The notes under the pieces are model-generated. The model was not told the DNA's origin and ran no database searches. It saw only the letters and a list, made by a program, of their open reading frames with translations. The position numbers and the translations under genes were made by a program. 64,000 nucleotides of DNA from a bacterium (GTDB lineage: Bacteria; CG2-30-53-67): positions 11,936 to 75,935 of the forward strand of contig CAKKPE010000138.1 in the NCBI GenBank assembly GCA_919901565.1, in the 5' to 3' direction. This document shows positions 41,325 to 51,136 of this stretch, piece after piece; the stretch's first letter is position 1, and every line of letters begins with the position of its first letter.

Positions 41325-42092
41325 ATGATCGATATTCACTGTCATATCCTTCCGGGACTGGACGACGGTCCTGAGAATTTTCAGGGGACTCTCGAGATGT
41401 GCCGCATGGCCGTTGACTGTGGGATCACATCTGTTTTTGCGACCCCGCATCTTTACAACAGCCTATTTACGACAAACAGGGCATCGATCCTTGATGTATA
41501 TGAGGAGACCCGGGCGGCCCTTGAATCTGAAGGGGTTCCCTTGAGCCTCTATCTGGGCGCTGATCTGCACCTGGTTCCTGACCTGGGGGAGAAGATATTG
41601 AAAAACCAGGCGCTGACCTTGAATAACAGCCGGTATTTCCTGCTGGAACTTCCGTCTACGATACTCCCGCCGAATTTGGACCAGGTCGTCCAGAAAATGA
41701 TCTCAGACAGTTTTGTGCCGATCATCACCCATCCGGAAAGAAACCCGGTAATCCTGAAACGGGAGGAGATTCTTTTTGACCTGCTGGAGCAGGGGGCCCT
41801 GTGCCAGATCACGGCCATGAGCCTGACCGGGGAATTTGGAAAAGATTGTGAACGTTTTGCCTGCAGGATGCTCGAGGCCGGCGCCGTGCATTTCATTGCC
41901 TCGGATGCCCATTCCACGGGCTGGCGCAAGCCCGATCTTTGCCCTGCGGTCAGCGTGGCCGAACAGATCATTGGAGCAGAGGATGCCCGGCGGTTGGTCA
42001 AGGACTATCCGGAAGCGATCCTTTCCGGGGGAGGCATAGGCCCGGTTTCGGTAAAAAGGCCTCCAAAACCCAAAAGGTTCTGGTTTTTCTGA
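41325..42092 (+). CDS. PHP-family tyrosine-protein phosphatase (CpsB/YwqE-like)
   Basis: The N-terminus MIDIHCHILPGLDDGP is the CpsB signature. Confidence 0.7.
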   Translation: MIDIHCHILPGLDDGPENFQGTLEMCRMAVDCGITSVFATPHLYNSLFTTNRASILDVYEETRAALESEGVPLSLYLGADLHLVPDLGEKILKNQALTLNNSRYFLLELPSTILPPNLDQVVQKMISDSFVPIITHPERNPVILKREEILFDLLEQGALCQITAMSLTGEFGKDCERFACRMLEAGAVHFIASDAHSTGWRKPDLCPAVSVAEQIIGAEDARRLVKDYPEAILSGGGIGPVSVKRPPKPKRFWFF

Positions 42093-42139
42093 GGATTCCT
42101 GTTTAATTTTATTATTTCAGGCCCTTGCCTTTTTTACAC

Positions 42140-42168
42140 TTGACAGATAAAAACATGTTGTATAAGAT
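42140..42168 (+). promoter_or_regulatory. Candidate sigma-70 promoter for gcvH-lpdA
   Basis: TTGACA, a 17-bp spacer, then TAAGAT. Confidence 0.5.
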
Positions 42169-42233
42169 CACCGCGTTTTCGGATATATAGCCGTAGGTAT
42201 ACGAGAAAGAAGGTCTCAACCATTAATAAGGAG

Positions 42234-42632
42234 GTGCTGGGGATGTATCCAGAGGATCTGAAATATTCGAAGGACCATACCTGGGTACGAGTTGAGGATG
42301 ACGAGGGGACGATCGGGATCACGGATTTTGCCCAGGAGAGCCTGGGAGATATCGTCTATGTAGACGTCCCCGAGGAGGATGAGGAGTTTGAGGCAGGGGA
42401 TGAGATTGCCGAGGTGGAGTCTACAAAGGCCACATCTTCGGTCATGAGTCCTGTCAGCGGGACGGTCATCGAGATCAACGAGGATATCGAGGACTCCCCG
42501 GACACGATCAATGAAAGCCCCTACGGGGACGGATGGATCGTGCGAATCAAACTTTCCGATCCATCTGAGCTCAAAGGCCTGATGAGTGCCGATGCCTATC
42601 AGAGTTTTCTGGAGGAAGAAGGCCAGGAATAA
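42234..42632 (+). CDS. gcvH: Glycine cleavage system H protein (lipoyl carrier)
   Basis: The lipoyl-lysine motif is EVESTKATSSVMSPVSGTV. The YSKDHTWVR sequence and the C-terminus are collinear with GcvH. Confidence 0.9.
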   Translation: MLGMYPEDLKYSKDHTWVRVEDDEGTIGITDFAQESLGDIVYVDVPEEDEEFEAGDEIAEVESTKATSSVMSPVSGTVIEINEDIEDSPDTINESPYGDGWIVRIKLSDPSELKGLMSADAYQSFLEEEGQE

Positions 42633-42654
42633 CGGACGGCATCTCTGTGGTATC

Positions 42655-42687
42655 AAAGGGATTCTATAAAGAATCCCTTTTTTTCTG
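42655..42687 (+). terminator. Rho-independent terminator after gcvH
   Basis: The hairpin AAAGGGATTCtataaaGAATCCCTTT is followed by TTTTTCT. Confidence 0.6.
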
Positions 42688-42722
42688 CCATGGCGAAGGT
42701 TTGCAAAGCAAGAGGGAACTGA

Positions 42723-44120
42723 ATGTCTAAACGAATCGTGGTAATCGGCGCCGGGCCGGGCGGGTATGTAGCCGCAATCCGGGCCGCTCAGCTTGGGGCT
42801 GAAGTGACGGTTGTGGAAGATCAGGAGGTGGGCGGGACATGCCTGAACTGGGGATGCATCCCGACCAAGGCACTGGTCTATTCGGCCGAGGCCCTCGCTA
42901 TGGTCCGTCATGCAAAGGATTATGGTGTTGAGATCAGCGGGGATATCACTTTCAGCCTGCAGGCCATGATGGACCGGAAGAACAAGATCGTGGCCACACA
43001 GGTCAAGGGGATCCGCTCCCTGCTCAAGAGCAGCAAGATCCGCCTCATGGAGGGCAAAGGCTCACTTGAGGACGAACGGACCGTGAGGGTCAAGCTCCGT
43101 GACGGGAGTGAAGAGAAGGTTTCCGCAGACTGCATCATTCTGGCCACGGGCTCCCGGCCGGCCAATATCCCCATGTTCCCGTTTGACGGGAAGAGGATTA
43201 TATCGAGTGATGAGGCCCTGCTGCTACAGCAGGTTCCAAAAACCCTGCTCATTATCGGAGCCGGTGTGGTCGGCTGCGAGTTTGCCTTTATTCTGAACGC
43301 ATTGGGGGCCGAGGTGACCATGGTCGAGATGATGCCCCACGCCGTCTCCCTTGCCGATGAGGAGATCTCCATCCTCCTGGAAAGGGAGTTGAAAAAGAGC
43401 AAGATCAAACTCCACTGCAATCAGAAGATCCAATCCGTGAAAGAGGGTGCTGACGGGAAAATGGTCGCAACCCTGGAGAGCGGGGAGAAACTGGTCTCTG
43501 ACCAGGTCCTGGTTTCCATAGGGCGGGCATTCAACACAGAGGGATTGAACCTCGATGGTGTGGGTGTTGCCTGCGGGCCGAGAGGAGAAATCAAAGTCAA
43601 TGACCGCATGGAGACCAATGTTACAGGGATCTATGCCATCGGCGATGTCGTCGGCGGGATCATGCTGGCGCACGTAGCCTCGACCGAAGGGATCACAGCC
43701 ATTGAAAACGCAATGGGAATGGACCGGGCCATGGATTATCGGGTTGTTCCTTCGGCGATATTCACCATGCCTGAGATCGGGATGGTCGGGCTGACCGAGC
43801 AGCAGGCCAGGGAGCAGGGATATGAAGTCCGGATAGGGAGCTTCCCTTACAGAGGGCTCGGCAAGTCCCATGCCATGGGGAAGATCACCGGGATGGCCAA
43901 GATCATCGCCGATGCCAAGACCGACCGGATCCTCGGCATGCACGTCATGGGTGCGCACGCCTCGGACCTGGTCCATGAAGGGGCGGTCATGATGAAGATG
44001 GGAGGGACGGTACGCGATCTCGGAGAGACCATTCACTCACATCCCACACTTTCTGAGGCCGTGATGGAGGCGGCACATGACGTTCACGGGGTCTCCATCC
44101 ATCTCCCAAAGGAAAAATGA
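42723..44120 (+). CDS. lpdA: Dihydrolipoyl dehydrogenase
   Basis: The motifs VIGAGPGGYVAAIRAAQLG...GGTCLNWGCIPTK identify the enzyme. The length is 465 aa. Confidence 0.9.
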   Translation: MSKRIVVIGAGPGGYVAAIRAAQLGAEVTVVEDQEVGGTCLNWGCIPTKALVYSAEALAMVRHAKDYGVEISGDITFSLQAMMDRKNKIVATQVKGIRSLLKSSKIRLMEGKGSLEDERTVRVKLRDGSEEKVSADCIILATGSRPANIPMFPFDGKRIISSDEALLLQQVPKTLLIIGAGVVGCEFAFILNALGAEVTMVEMMPHAVSLADEEISILLERELKKSKIKLHCNQKIQSVKEGADGKMVATLESGEKLVSDQVLVSIGRAFNTEGLNLDGVGVACGPRGEIKVNDRMETNVTGIYAIGDVVGGIMLAHVASTEGITAIENAMGMDRAMDYRVVPSAIFTMPEIGMVGLTEQQAREQGYEVRIGSFPYRGLGKSHAMGKITGMAKIIADAKTDRILGMHVMGAHASDLVHEGAVMMKMGGTVRDLGETIHSHPTLSEAVMEAAHDVHGVSIHLPKEK

Positions 44121-44491
44121 ACATTGGAGAAAAGTCTTGACAGTTCTTTCCTATTTAGGTATTTTACCAGACACTCTTTCGTAAAAATTGAATAAAATTA
44201 ATAAGTTATAAGTAAATTCTAATATTAGAATTTATAATTAATTTTCAGAAATGATCATTATAATTTAATAAATTCAAAGCAATACCTTGTTCACCAGGAG
44301 GGAACGCTTACTCAACTCATTGATAAAGAAAGGGGGGAGAAGAGAAGAAGCAAGGGCATTGGAGAAAAGAGATGAGGGGAAAGAGATCTGATAATGAATT
44401 TTGGTTGAGCAAATCCGTCTTGTAGGATGATGCAATGATGAGTGGGATGTATCGAAAAATTTTATGAAACTTTTCAAGGGAGGGATGATTT

Positions 44492-45541
44492 ATGAGACAT
44501 TTTTTTAAAAGAGGGAGTATTGTTTTTCCCGTTGCATTGGCCCTGATGGTATTCCTTGCCTCTTCAGCTATGGCCAAGGAAGAATTCGGCAGCTTTCAGA
44601 AGGTGATCGAGGCGGATGGGGATTTCACTGAGGCTACGGCCGCCCTGGAACAGAGCATCGCCGGTTCCAAACTTGAACTCCTCGGTAAGATGGACATCAC
44701 GGTTCCGGACAATGCCCAGAAGGCCAGAACCTATGTCCTGACCTCTCCGACATTCAATCAGGCGGCTACGGCCAACGGTTTGGCTTCGGATGCGATTTCT
44801 GTGCTGATCTTGAGGATCGGCGTCTATGAGGCCTACGGCAAGGTGAATGTCAATATCGCCAATCAGGATGCCCTGGCCAATGTCTACTTTGAAGGCGAAA
44901 AGAACAGGGATGCCCTGATGTCCGCTGCAACTGCGGCCAAAAACGAGCTGATCCAGGTAGTCCAGGCGGTTTCCGGTAAAGTTGTAAATAAACAGCAGGA
45001 ACCGATTCGCGGTGCCAAAAAATATCAAGGCTACAACGGGGACTTTCCGGCCCAGATGATGGCCAAGTTCAGGGATTTCAGAAAGAGTCTTCTCCCGTCA
45101 AAAGAAGTGGAAGGGACAACGAGCCTTGATTCGGTCATTGATGACATAAAGAACAACGCCAGCCAGAGCCTTCAGGCCGACCCTGAAAAAGGGTGGAAGA
45201 TCATAGGCGTGAAGAAATTCAACGACAATGTTGCATGGATGGGGATCACCAATACCTATACTGAACTCAAGTGCGTAAACATCAATTCTGATTTCCGGTT
45301 CGGCGATAAGACCGATAACACCAAATATCCGGGAGTGGACCATGCACCCGCCCTTCCCCTCGAACTCGTCATTTTTAAAGCGGATAACGGTAAGTGGCGG
45401 ATCGCTCAGTACGGTGAGATGTGGAGGATGCAGCTTTACTTCTGGGATTCAGGATATGCAGCCTTTGCGAAGAACATGTTAATCCCTGAGAGCATCATGA
45501 ATCAGATTGATGACATGGTTAATGGGAAAGTAAGTAAATAG
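44492..45541 (+). CDS. Secreted protein with N-terminal DUF302-like domain and a C-terminal domain of unknown function (paralog A)
   Basis: A signal peptide is followed by SVLILRIGVYEAYGKVNVNIANQDAL, which resembles DUF302. The C-terminus ends with the W-R-M-Q-L-Y-F-W-D motif shared with the next gene. Confidence 0.5.
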   Translation: MRHFFKRGSIVFPVALALMVFLASSAMAKEEFGSFQKVIEADGDFTEATAALEQSIAGSKLELLGKMDITVPDNAQKARTYVLTSPTFNQAATANGLASDAISVLILRIGVYEAYGKVNVNIANQDALANVYFEGEKNRDALMSAATAAKNELIQVVQAVSGKVVNKQQEPIRGAKKYQGYNGDFPAQMMAKFRDFRKSLLPSKEVEGTTSLDSVIDDIKNNASQSLQADPEKGWKIIGVKKFNDNVAWMGITNTYTELKCVNINSDFRFGDKTDNTKYPGVDHAPALPLELVIFKADNGKWRIAQYGEMWRMQLYFWDSGYAAFAKNMLIPESIMNQIDDMVNGKVSK

Positions 45542-45580
45542 GAATACTGAAAGTTCATTGCCGGTAAGCCCTGCCGTCTT

Positions 45581-46777
45581 TTGACGGCAGGGCTTTTTCT
45601 TTGGCCGGACAATCCACCCTTCGACAAATTTGTTGCACACCAGGATGAAAATAGTTTCTTGTCAACTTTGGAAGCTTGTGATAGATTGCATGAAAATGAT
45701 AGAGGCCTGAATGATTCGGAGGGGTTCATGAGACAACTCAAATGGACATCGTTTTACCTGTTGCTCCTGTTCTTCTATCTGGAGACGCCATCGCATGCTT
45801 TTTTAGACGATTTTCGCAGAGACATCAAGGAGCGGCTGGATCCGGGACAGAGCTACGGTCTTTACCAGAAGGTCCTGGAGGTGGAGGCTCCCTTCGAGTT
45901 CGTCTGTTCAAGAATAGAGACCAATATCAGTCAGTCCGACTGGGAACTCATCTCCAACTGGGACCTGGATGCGCCCGATGTCTGCCATACCCGTGCGAGA
46001 GTCTACCTTCTTCGCAACCAGGACTATGATCGTACGGTCCTTTCCAAGGGGCCCCGTCACCTCATCTTCCTTCCTGTCCGGATCGGGGTTTATGAAGAAG
46101 GGTCCAAGGTCGTGGTGGTATTTACCAATCCCGAGTTCCTTACAAAAGTTTTCTTTGCAGATCTCCCCTTCTCGGAACAGGACGAGATGATCGGCCTGGC
46201 CAAGGAGGTCCGGGAGGATCTGGTCACCTTCTGTGTCAAGGGGATGGAAGGGACCATTCTCACGCAGCAGCTTCCCCCCTTTCGCAATGACCGGGACGTT
46301 CGTTTCTTCTGGAGCCGGTTCCTGGACCATCTGGATATCGTTCAGGCTGTGCCGGTTCGCAAGGATCCTGCCGTGACCCTGAAAGAGGTCTGTGACCGGA
46401 TCGTGAAGACTTCATCCAAAAGCGAATCCGGGTGGAAGGTCATATCCCGCACCATGGTTGAAGACCAGGCCTGTATTCTTGGGGTGACTCAGAAGAATAC
46501 CGAGGACCAGGCGTTGAACTTCAGCGGTTTAAAGTGGCCTGCGATCCTGGGCAGAGAACCCTGCAGCGGGATTTACCACCTGACACAATTCCCCATCGAG
46601 ATTCTGGTCTTCGTGGAAGAGGGCGAGGTCCGCGTCGGGATCCTCGACCAGTTCTGGCGCATGCGGTTCTACCTATGGGACAACCCGTACAGAACCGGAA
46701 GCATCTTTCTTGCACGGGATCCCAATTTTTCAAGCAGGATCTACAAGTCGCTTCTGCAGTTAATCCAGAATCCATAG
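45581..46777 (+). CDS. Paralog B of the DUF302-like secreted protein
   Basis: The DUF302-like region reads LIFLPVRIGVYEEGSKVVVVFTNPEFL. The C-terminus FWRMRFYLWD matches paralog A. The start is uncertain; a hydrophobic segment follows an internal Met (MRQLKWTSFYLLLLFF). Confidence 0.5.
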   Translation: MTAGLFLWPDNPPFDKFVAHQDENSFLSTLEACDRLHENDRGLNDSEGFMRQLKWTSFYLLLLFFYLETPSHAFLDDFRRDIKERLDPGQSYGLYQKVLEVEAPFEFVCSRIETNISQSDWELISNWDLDAPDVCHTRARVYLLRNQDYDRTVLSKGPRHLIFLPVRIGVYEEGSKVVVVFTNPEFLTKVFFADLPFSEQDEMIGLAKEVREDLVTFCVKGMEGTILTQQLPPFRNDRDVRFFWSRFLDHLDIVQAVPVRKDPAVTLKEVCDRIVKTSSKSESGWKVISRTMVEDQACILGVTQKNTEDQALNFSGLKWPAILGREPCSGIYHLTQFPIEILVFVEEGEVRVGILDQFWRMRFYLWDNPYRTGSIFLARDPNFSSRIYKSLLQLIQNP

Positions 46778-46810
46778 CTTTTAAATCTGTCAAAAAAATA
46801 TAAATAAATC

Positions 46811-46839
46811 TTGACATAATCATATACCTGATTTATGAT
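46811..46839 (+). promoter_or_regulatory. Candidate sigma-70 promoter for the FadL-like gene
   Basis: TTGACA, a 17-bp spacer, then TATGAT. Confidence 0.5.
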
Positions 46840-47047
46840 TTCTAAAGATGTATGTTTAAGGTTCTATCCTAACCCTTGAAATAAGAATAGTTTTTTCCGT
46901 TTTTCCTCGATGAAATAAATGGGCGAAAAGCCTGCTTTCGGAGTGGAAAAATGAGGCAAAGGAGGTGATCATCGGGACATAATTAAGATCCTGGTCTTCC
47001 AGGCGGAAGTTCGTCTGCATTCTAACCTTCAAGAAAGGAGGAAGAAC

Positions 47048-48454
47048 ATGAAACGAATACTTTTATCTGCAGGTCTATTTTTATTCCTGTTCTGTTTTGC
47101 CGCAACGTCCTTTGCCACCAATGGTTTTCAATTGATGGGTATCGGCTCCACCCAGAAGGGTATGGGAGGCGCCGTGACCGCTGCGCCTGAAGATGCCATG
47201 ACCGCCATCACCAACCCGGCGGGTATGGCTGTAATCGGCAATCGGGCTGATTTCAACGGTGAGGCCTTCATGCCCAAACGGTCCATGGACTTTACAGAGT
47301 TGCCGGCCAGTCCTTTCATGGGGCCAGGAAAACAGACCTCGGGCGGATCCGAACTCTACGGGATCCCGGCTCTCGGTTGGACAGCACCGGCCTTCGGCCG
47401 TGATAATGTCTTCTTCGGCGGCGGCATGTATGCCACGGCCGGAATGGGAGTGGACTATGATATCACCAACGCAGGCAGTGGGTTTGGCGATGCCGACGTT
47501 TTCACGTCCATCCAGTTCTGGAAGATGCAGCCTACCTTGGCTTGGAAGGTGAACGAGCAATTGGCCCTGGGCGTGGGCGTGGACTTCGATTACCAGCAGG
47601 TGGAGATTAAAGAGGTCTTTGAAGCAGCCGCTTTTGGAGCGTACCCGAGTCTCGGCGCGGGCATAAGCATGGATCTGGGGCGTGCCATCGGGGTTTACGG
47701 AGGTGGTCTTTCTTTAGGCGCCATCTATAAGGTCAACGATATGGTGACCGTGGGTGCCTCTTATATCTCCAAGCAGTGGTTCCCGGACATGAAGTACCGT
47801 TTAGGTTCCGGCGCCGTTAACAACTTCCCCTACAAAGGTTACCTTGCCGATAATACCTCCGAAGGGACATACAAGCTGGACATGCAGTTCCCGCAACAGG
47901 CGGCTATAGGGGTAGCCGTGAAACCCATGGATGCCCTGACTGTGGAACTGGATGTAAAATGGATCAACTGGAAAGATACCCAAGACAAGGTCAAACTGTC
48001 CGGCGATTTTACACTCATTGATGCAAGTGATGCATTAGTTGAACGCATGGGTGGGGCGGCTCCAACTCCAGTTACTGCCTCAAGTATTGATCTTCCCTTC
48101 GGCTGGAAAAACCAGTGGGTTTTCGCAGTGGGCACCCGGTACGCTGTGAACCCGGACCTGACCCTCCGCATCGGGTACAACTATGCCAAGTCTCCCATCG
48201 ACGAAAAAGATGTCTTCAACAATGTTGCTTTTCCGGCCATTGTGGAGCAGCACCTTGGTCTTGGGTTGACCTACAACCTCGGTTCCCATTGGGCCGTTTC
48301 CGGCTCTTATATGAGGGCTTTTAAAGAGGAGCTTTCGGGAAAGAAGGATAATCCTCAGGCGTTCCAGGATGTAGGGTTTGCTTCGGATACCACAAAGACC
48401 AAGATCTCTCTGGAAGAGAATTCTGTAGGCGTTCAGGTTAGTTACCGGTTCTAA
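47048..48454 (+). CDS. FadL/TodX/OmpP1-family outer-membrane hydrophobic-compound channel
   Basis: A signal peptide is followed by GFQLMGIGSTQKGMGGAVTAAPEDAMTAITNPAGMA, the FadL N-terminal hatch motif. The C-terminus ends YRF. Confidence 0.75.
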   Translation: MKRILLSAGLFLFLFCFAATSFATNGFQLMGIGSTQKGMGGAVTAAPEDAMTAITNPAGMAVIGNRADFNGEAFMPKRSMDFTELPASPFMGPGKQTSGGSELYGIPALGWTAPAFGRDNVFFGGGMYATAGMGVDYDITNAGSGFGDADVFTSIQFWKMQPTLAWKVNEQLALGVGVDFDYQQVEIKEVFEAAAFGAYPSLGAGISMDLGRAIGVYGGGLSLGAIYKVNDMVTVGASYISKQWFPDMKYRLGSGAVNNFPYKGYLADNTSEGTYKLDMQFPQQAAIGVAVKPMDALTVELDVKWINWKDTQDKVKLSGDFTLIDASDALVERMGGAAPTPVTASSIDLPFGWKNQWVFAVGTRYAVNPDLTLRIGYNYAKSPIDEKDVFNNVAFPAIVEQHLGLGLTYNLGSHWAVSGSYMRAFKEELSGKKDNPQAFQDVGFASDTTKTKISLEENSVGVQVSYRF

Positions 48455-48488
48455 TTCGTATCTTTTAGTTTTCCGGTAAAATTTATAA

Positions 48489-48527
48489 AATCCCCGGGGG
48501 AGTTCTTCTTCCCCAGGGATTTTTATT
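48489..48527 (+). terminator. Rho-independent terminator after the FadL-like gene
   Basis: The hairpin ATCCCCGGGGGagttcttcttCCCCAGGGAT is followed by TTTTATT. Confidence 0.55.
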
Positions 48528-48611
48528 GACTTGAGGCCGGTTTCCATATTATAGATAGCTCCGGGTAGGAATTACTTCCAGGGTTTAACCAAATCTTAAA
48601 TCGGGACGGAT

Positions 48612-50168
48612 ATGAAAAATCTTGGCTTCAGGAATGTTGGGAATGTTTTCTGGAACCTTCCCACCGGGGCGCTTTATGAGGCGATCGTGAACCGGCGGGA
48701 GGGTCTGGTCGCTCACAAAGGGCCGATTGTGGTCCGGACCGGACATCAAACCGCAAGGACCCGAGAGGACAAGTTCGTGGTCAAGGATTCGGCCACAGAC
48801 CAGCACGTCTGGTGGGGCAAGGAAAACCATCCCTTTGAACAGGAACGGTTCGAATCCCTGTACAACCGTCTCAAGGCATACCTCCAGGGCAAGGATATTT
48901 TTATCCAGGACTGCTACGCCGGTGCGGACCCCAAATACCAGGTCCCGATCCGGATCATCACGGAGAATGCCTGGCACAGCCTTTATGCCCGGAACATGTT
49001 CATCCAGATCCAGGATACGGAGGCGCTCAAGAACCATGTTCCCGAATGCACCATCATCAATGTCCCCCGGTTCCATGCCTTTCCTGAATTCGACGGCACC
49101 CACTCCGAGGCCTTTGTGATCGTCAATTTCGGGAAAAAGATCATCCTCATCGGCGGGACCAGCTATGCCGGGGAGATCAAGCGTTCGTCTTTCACGGTGC
49201 TGAACTTTTCGTTCCTGTCTGAAGAGAACATTCTTCCCATGCATTGTGCCGCCAACACGGGTACCGGTGAACAAGACGATACGGCGATCTTCTTCGGGCT
49301 CTCCGGTACCGGGAAGACGGCGCTCTCCATGTCGTCTGACCGCAGACTGATCGGGAATGACGAACACGGCTGGTCCGATCACGGGGTCTTTAATTTTGAA
49401 GGAGGGTGCTACAGCCGTGTGGCGAACCTGACCTCGGAGACCAATCCCTTCATCTTTCGGTGCACCGAACGGTTCGGCACCATTCTCGAAAACGTATCCA
49501 TGAACATGGAGACCAGGAGGATTGATCTCTCCGATACCACTCTGACCGATAACACCCGTGCAACCTATCACATCTCTCAGATCGAGAATTCAGTGGCCTC
49601 GGGCATGGGCGGGCATCCAAAGAACATCTTCATGCTGACCTGTGATGCATCGGGCATCATGCCTCCGGTGGCCAGACTCAGCACGGAACAGGCCCTCTAT
49701 TACTACCTTTCCGGATATACCTCGAAAATTGAATCGGGGAGGCCGACGGCCACCTTTGATTCCTGTTTCGGCGCCCCCTTTCAGGCCCTATCTCCGCTGG
49801 TCTATGCGAGGATACTGGGAGAGAAGATAGCGAAGCACAATGTCAAGTGCTGGCTGATCAATACGGGCTGGGTCAAGGGCCCCTGCGGCGTGGGAGAGCG
49901 GATCGACATCCGGCTTTCCAGGGCGGTTGTGAAAGAGATCCTCTCCGGGCGGATGGATAAGGCCCGGATGCGCAAAGATCCGGTCTTCGGATTTTCTGTC
50001 CCGGAGCATTGCGAGGGGTTTCCTGTCGAACTCCTCAATCCGAAACAGAATTGGAAGAATTCTTCGGAATATGACGCGCTGGCCCAGGAACTCGCCAAAC
50101 AATTCAAGAAACATCTGGAACAATTTTCCTCGAAAATTCCCGTGGAAATTCGCAAGGCCGGGCCTTAG
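48612..50168 (+). CDS. pckA: Phosphoenolpyruvate carboxykinase (ATP)
   Basis: The kinase motif GLSGTGKT is present, and the N-terminus and 518-aa length are PckA-like. Confidence 0.9.
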   Translation: MKNLGFRNVGNVFWNLPTGALYEAIVNRREGLVAHKGPIVVRTGHQTARTREDKFVVKDSATDQHVWWGKENHPFEQERFESLYNRLKAYLQGKDIFIQDCYAGADPKYQVPIRIITENAWHSLYARNMFIQIQDTEALKNHVPECTIINVPRFHAFPEFDGTHSEAFVIVNFGKKIILIGGTSYAGEIKRSSFTVLNFSFLSEENILPMHCAANTGTGEQDDTAIFFGLSGTGKTALSMSSDRRLIGNDEHGWSDHGVFNFEGGCYSRVANLTSETNPFIFRCTERFGTILENVSMNMETRRIDLSDTTLTDNTRATYHISQIENSVASGMGGHPKNIFMLTCDASGIMPPVARLSTEQALYYYLSGYTSKIESGRPTATFDSCFGAPFQALSPLVYARILGEKIAKHNVKCWLINTGWVKGPCGVGERIDIRLSRAVVKEILSGRMDKARMRKDPVFGFSVPEHCEGFPVELLNPKQNWKNSSEYDALAQELAKQFKKHLEQFSSKIPVEIRKAGP

Positions 50169-50335
50169 TGGTCCTGTTCGTATTTACGAATAGGGACACT
50201 TAGCTCCAATATTGTTCACTTAAGGATAATCGGTCACGAATTTTGTCATTCCCGCAACGATTCTGAGCGGGAATCTGGTTTAAACTGCCTGAAAAACCAT
50301 ATCCCCGATAGAGGCATTCGGGGATGACTTCATCT
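50160..50335. repeat. Two repeat-family members 3' of pckA: a GTGGTCCTGTTCGTATTTACG element and a GTCATTCCCG MITE
   Basis: The first is tagtggtcctgttcgtatttacgaatagggacacttag. The second reads gtcattcccgcaacgattctgagcgggaatc ... cattcggggatgac. Confidence 0.5.
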
Positions 50336-50415
50336 TAACTGAACGGTATTGCACTTAGCTCTCTTAATGGCCGAGGTGATCCAAGGCTTCGTTCTATTCC
50401 AGAAAGGCCGGGAGC

Positions 50416-50937
50416 ATGAAAGAATCCAACCATAAAGAAAATGCACGGCAGAGAGGATCGATATCGGAAACCTTTTTCAAGACGGCAGGGGATGCCGTTA
50501 TCCTGAGCATGGCTTTGAAAAAGGAAGAGTATTCGATCAATCTGTATAAGGCCATGTTCAGCTTTGTGGAGAGAGAAGACTCCAAGTCCATATTGAAAAA
50601 CCTCATCGAAGAAGAGACGGAACATTTCAACCTCTTGCGCGAGGCCTTGGTCATGGGCAGGTATGATAAGATCGGTATCCCCTCGGAGGAGAAGAGCCTT
50701 GAGATGCCGGATTATCTAATCAAGGAAGAGCTTAAAAAGTTCTCCAAACCCGAGGAAATCGTGAAGCTGGCCATCAGGCGTGAAGAGGAGGCCGAGGAGT
50801 TCTATCTAAGCCGCATACATTTTATTGAGAATACCACACTCAAGAACCTCTACCAAAGGCTCGCTCAGGAAGAAACAAACCACCGGCAGAAACTGCTCAA
50901 GGGATACGATGACCTCATGTTCATGCACTTTGCCTGA
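50416..50937 (+). CDS. Ferritin-like/rubrerythrin-type diiron domain protein
   Basis: Two E-x2-H motifs (EEETEH and QEETNH) sit in a four-helix-bundle-like sequence. Confidence 0.5.
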   Translation: MKESNHKENARQRGSISETFFKTAGDAVILSMALKKEEYSINLYKAMFSFVEREDSKSILKNLIEEETEHFNLLREALVMGRYDKIGIPSEEKSLEMPDYLIKEELKKFSKPEEIVKLAIRREEEAEEFYLSRIHFIENTTLKNLYQRLAQEETNHRQKLLKGYDDLMFMHFA

Positions 50938-50946
50938 GCGTATACA

Positions 50947-51126
50947 ATGATGAAATGGTGTGACCTGCATTGTGAAGACGCATCATTCCCGGAAACCTCA
51001 GACGTGGACGGCTCCGGGAGCTGCAGGACGTTCCAGGCCCTCTACTGCAACAAACTCGGCCGGCTGGTCTACAAGAACGATCTCTGCCGCGCAGACCCTG
51101 CTCCAGAGGATGAAGGCGGCGAGTAA
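50947..51126 (+). CDS. Small Cys-rich ORF (59 aa, five Cys)
   Basis: The translation is MMKWCDLHCEDASFPETSDVDGSGSCRTFQALYCNKLGRLVYKNDLCRADPAPEDEGGE. It is below the ORF-track cutoff and has no strong RBS. Confidence 0.3.
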   Translation: MMKWCDLHCEDASFPETSDVDGSGSCRTFQALYCNKLGRLVYKNDLCRADPAPEDEGGE

Positions 51127-51136
51127 ATTCCGTTTA

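Noticed and set aside
41163-41450. 96-aa N-terminal extension of the RAYT-like ORF
   Set aside because: - The homology-like sequence begins at MARPLRIEYPG (ATG 41162).
- The extension is unrelated, would overlap the divergent promoter region, and includes tandem GTTTAAAC repeats.
42100-42233. Possible glycine riboswitch upstream of gcvH
   Set aside because: The leader is only about 70 nt after a good sigma-70 promoter and lacks the conserved glycine-aptamer cores.
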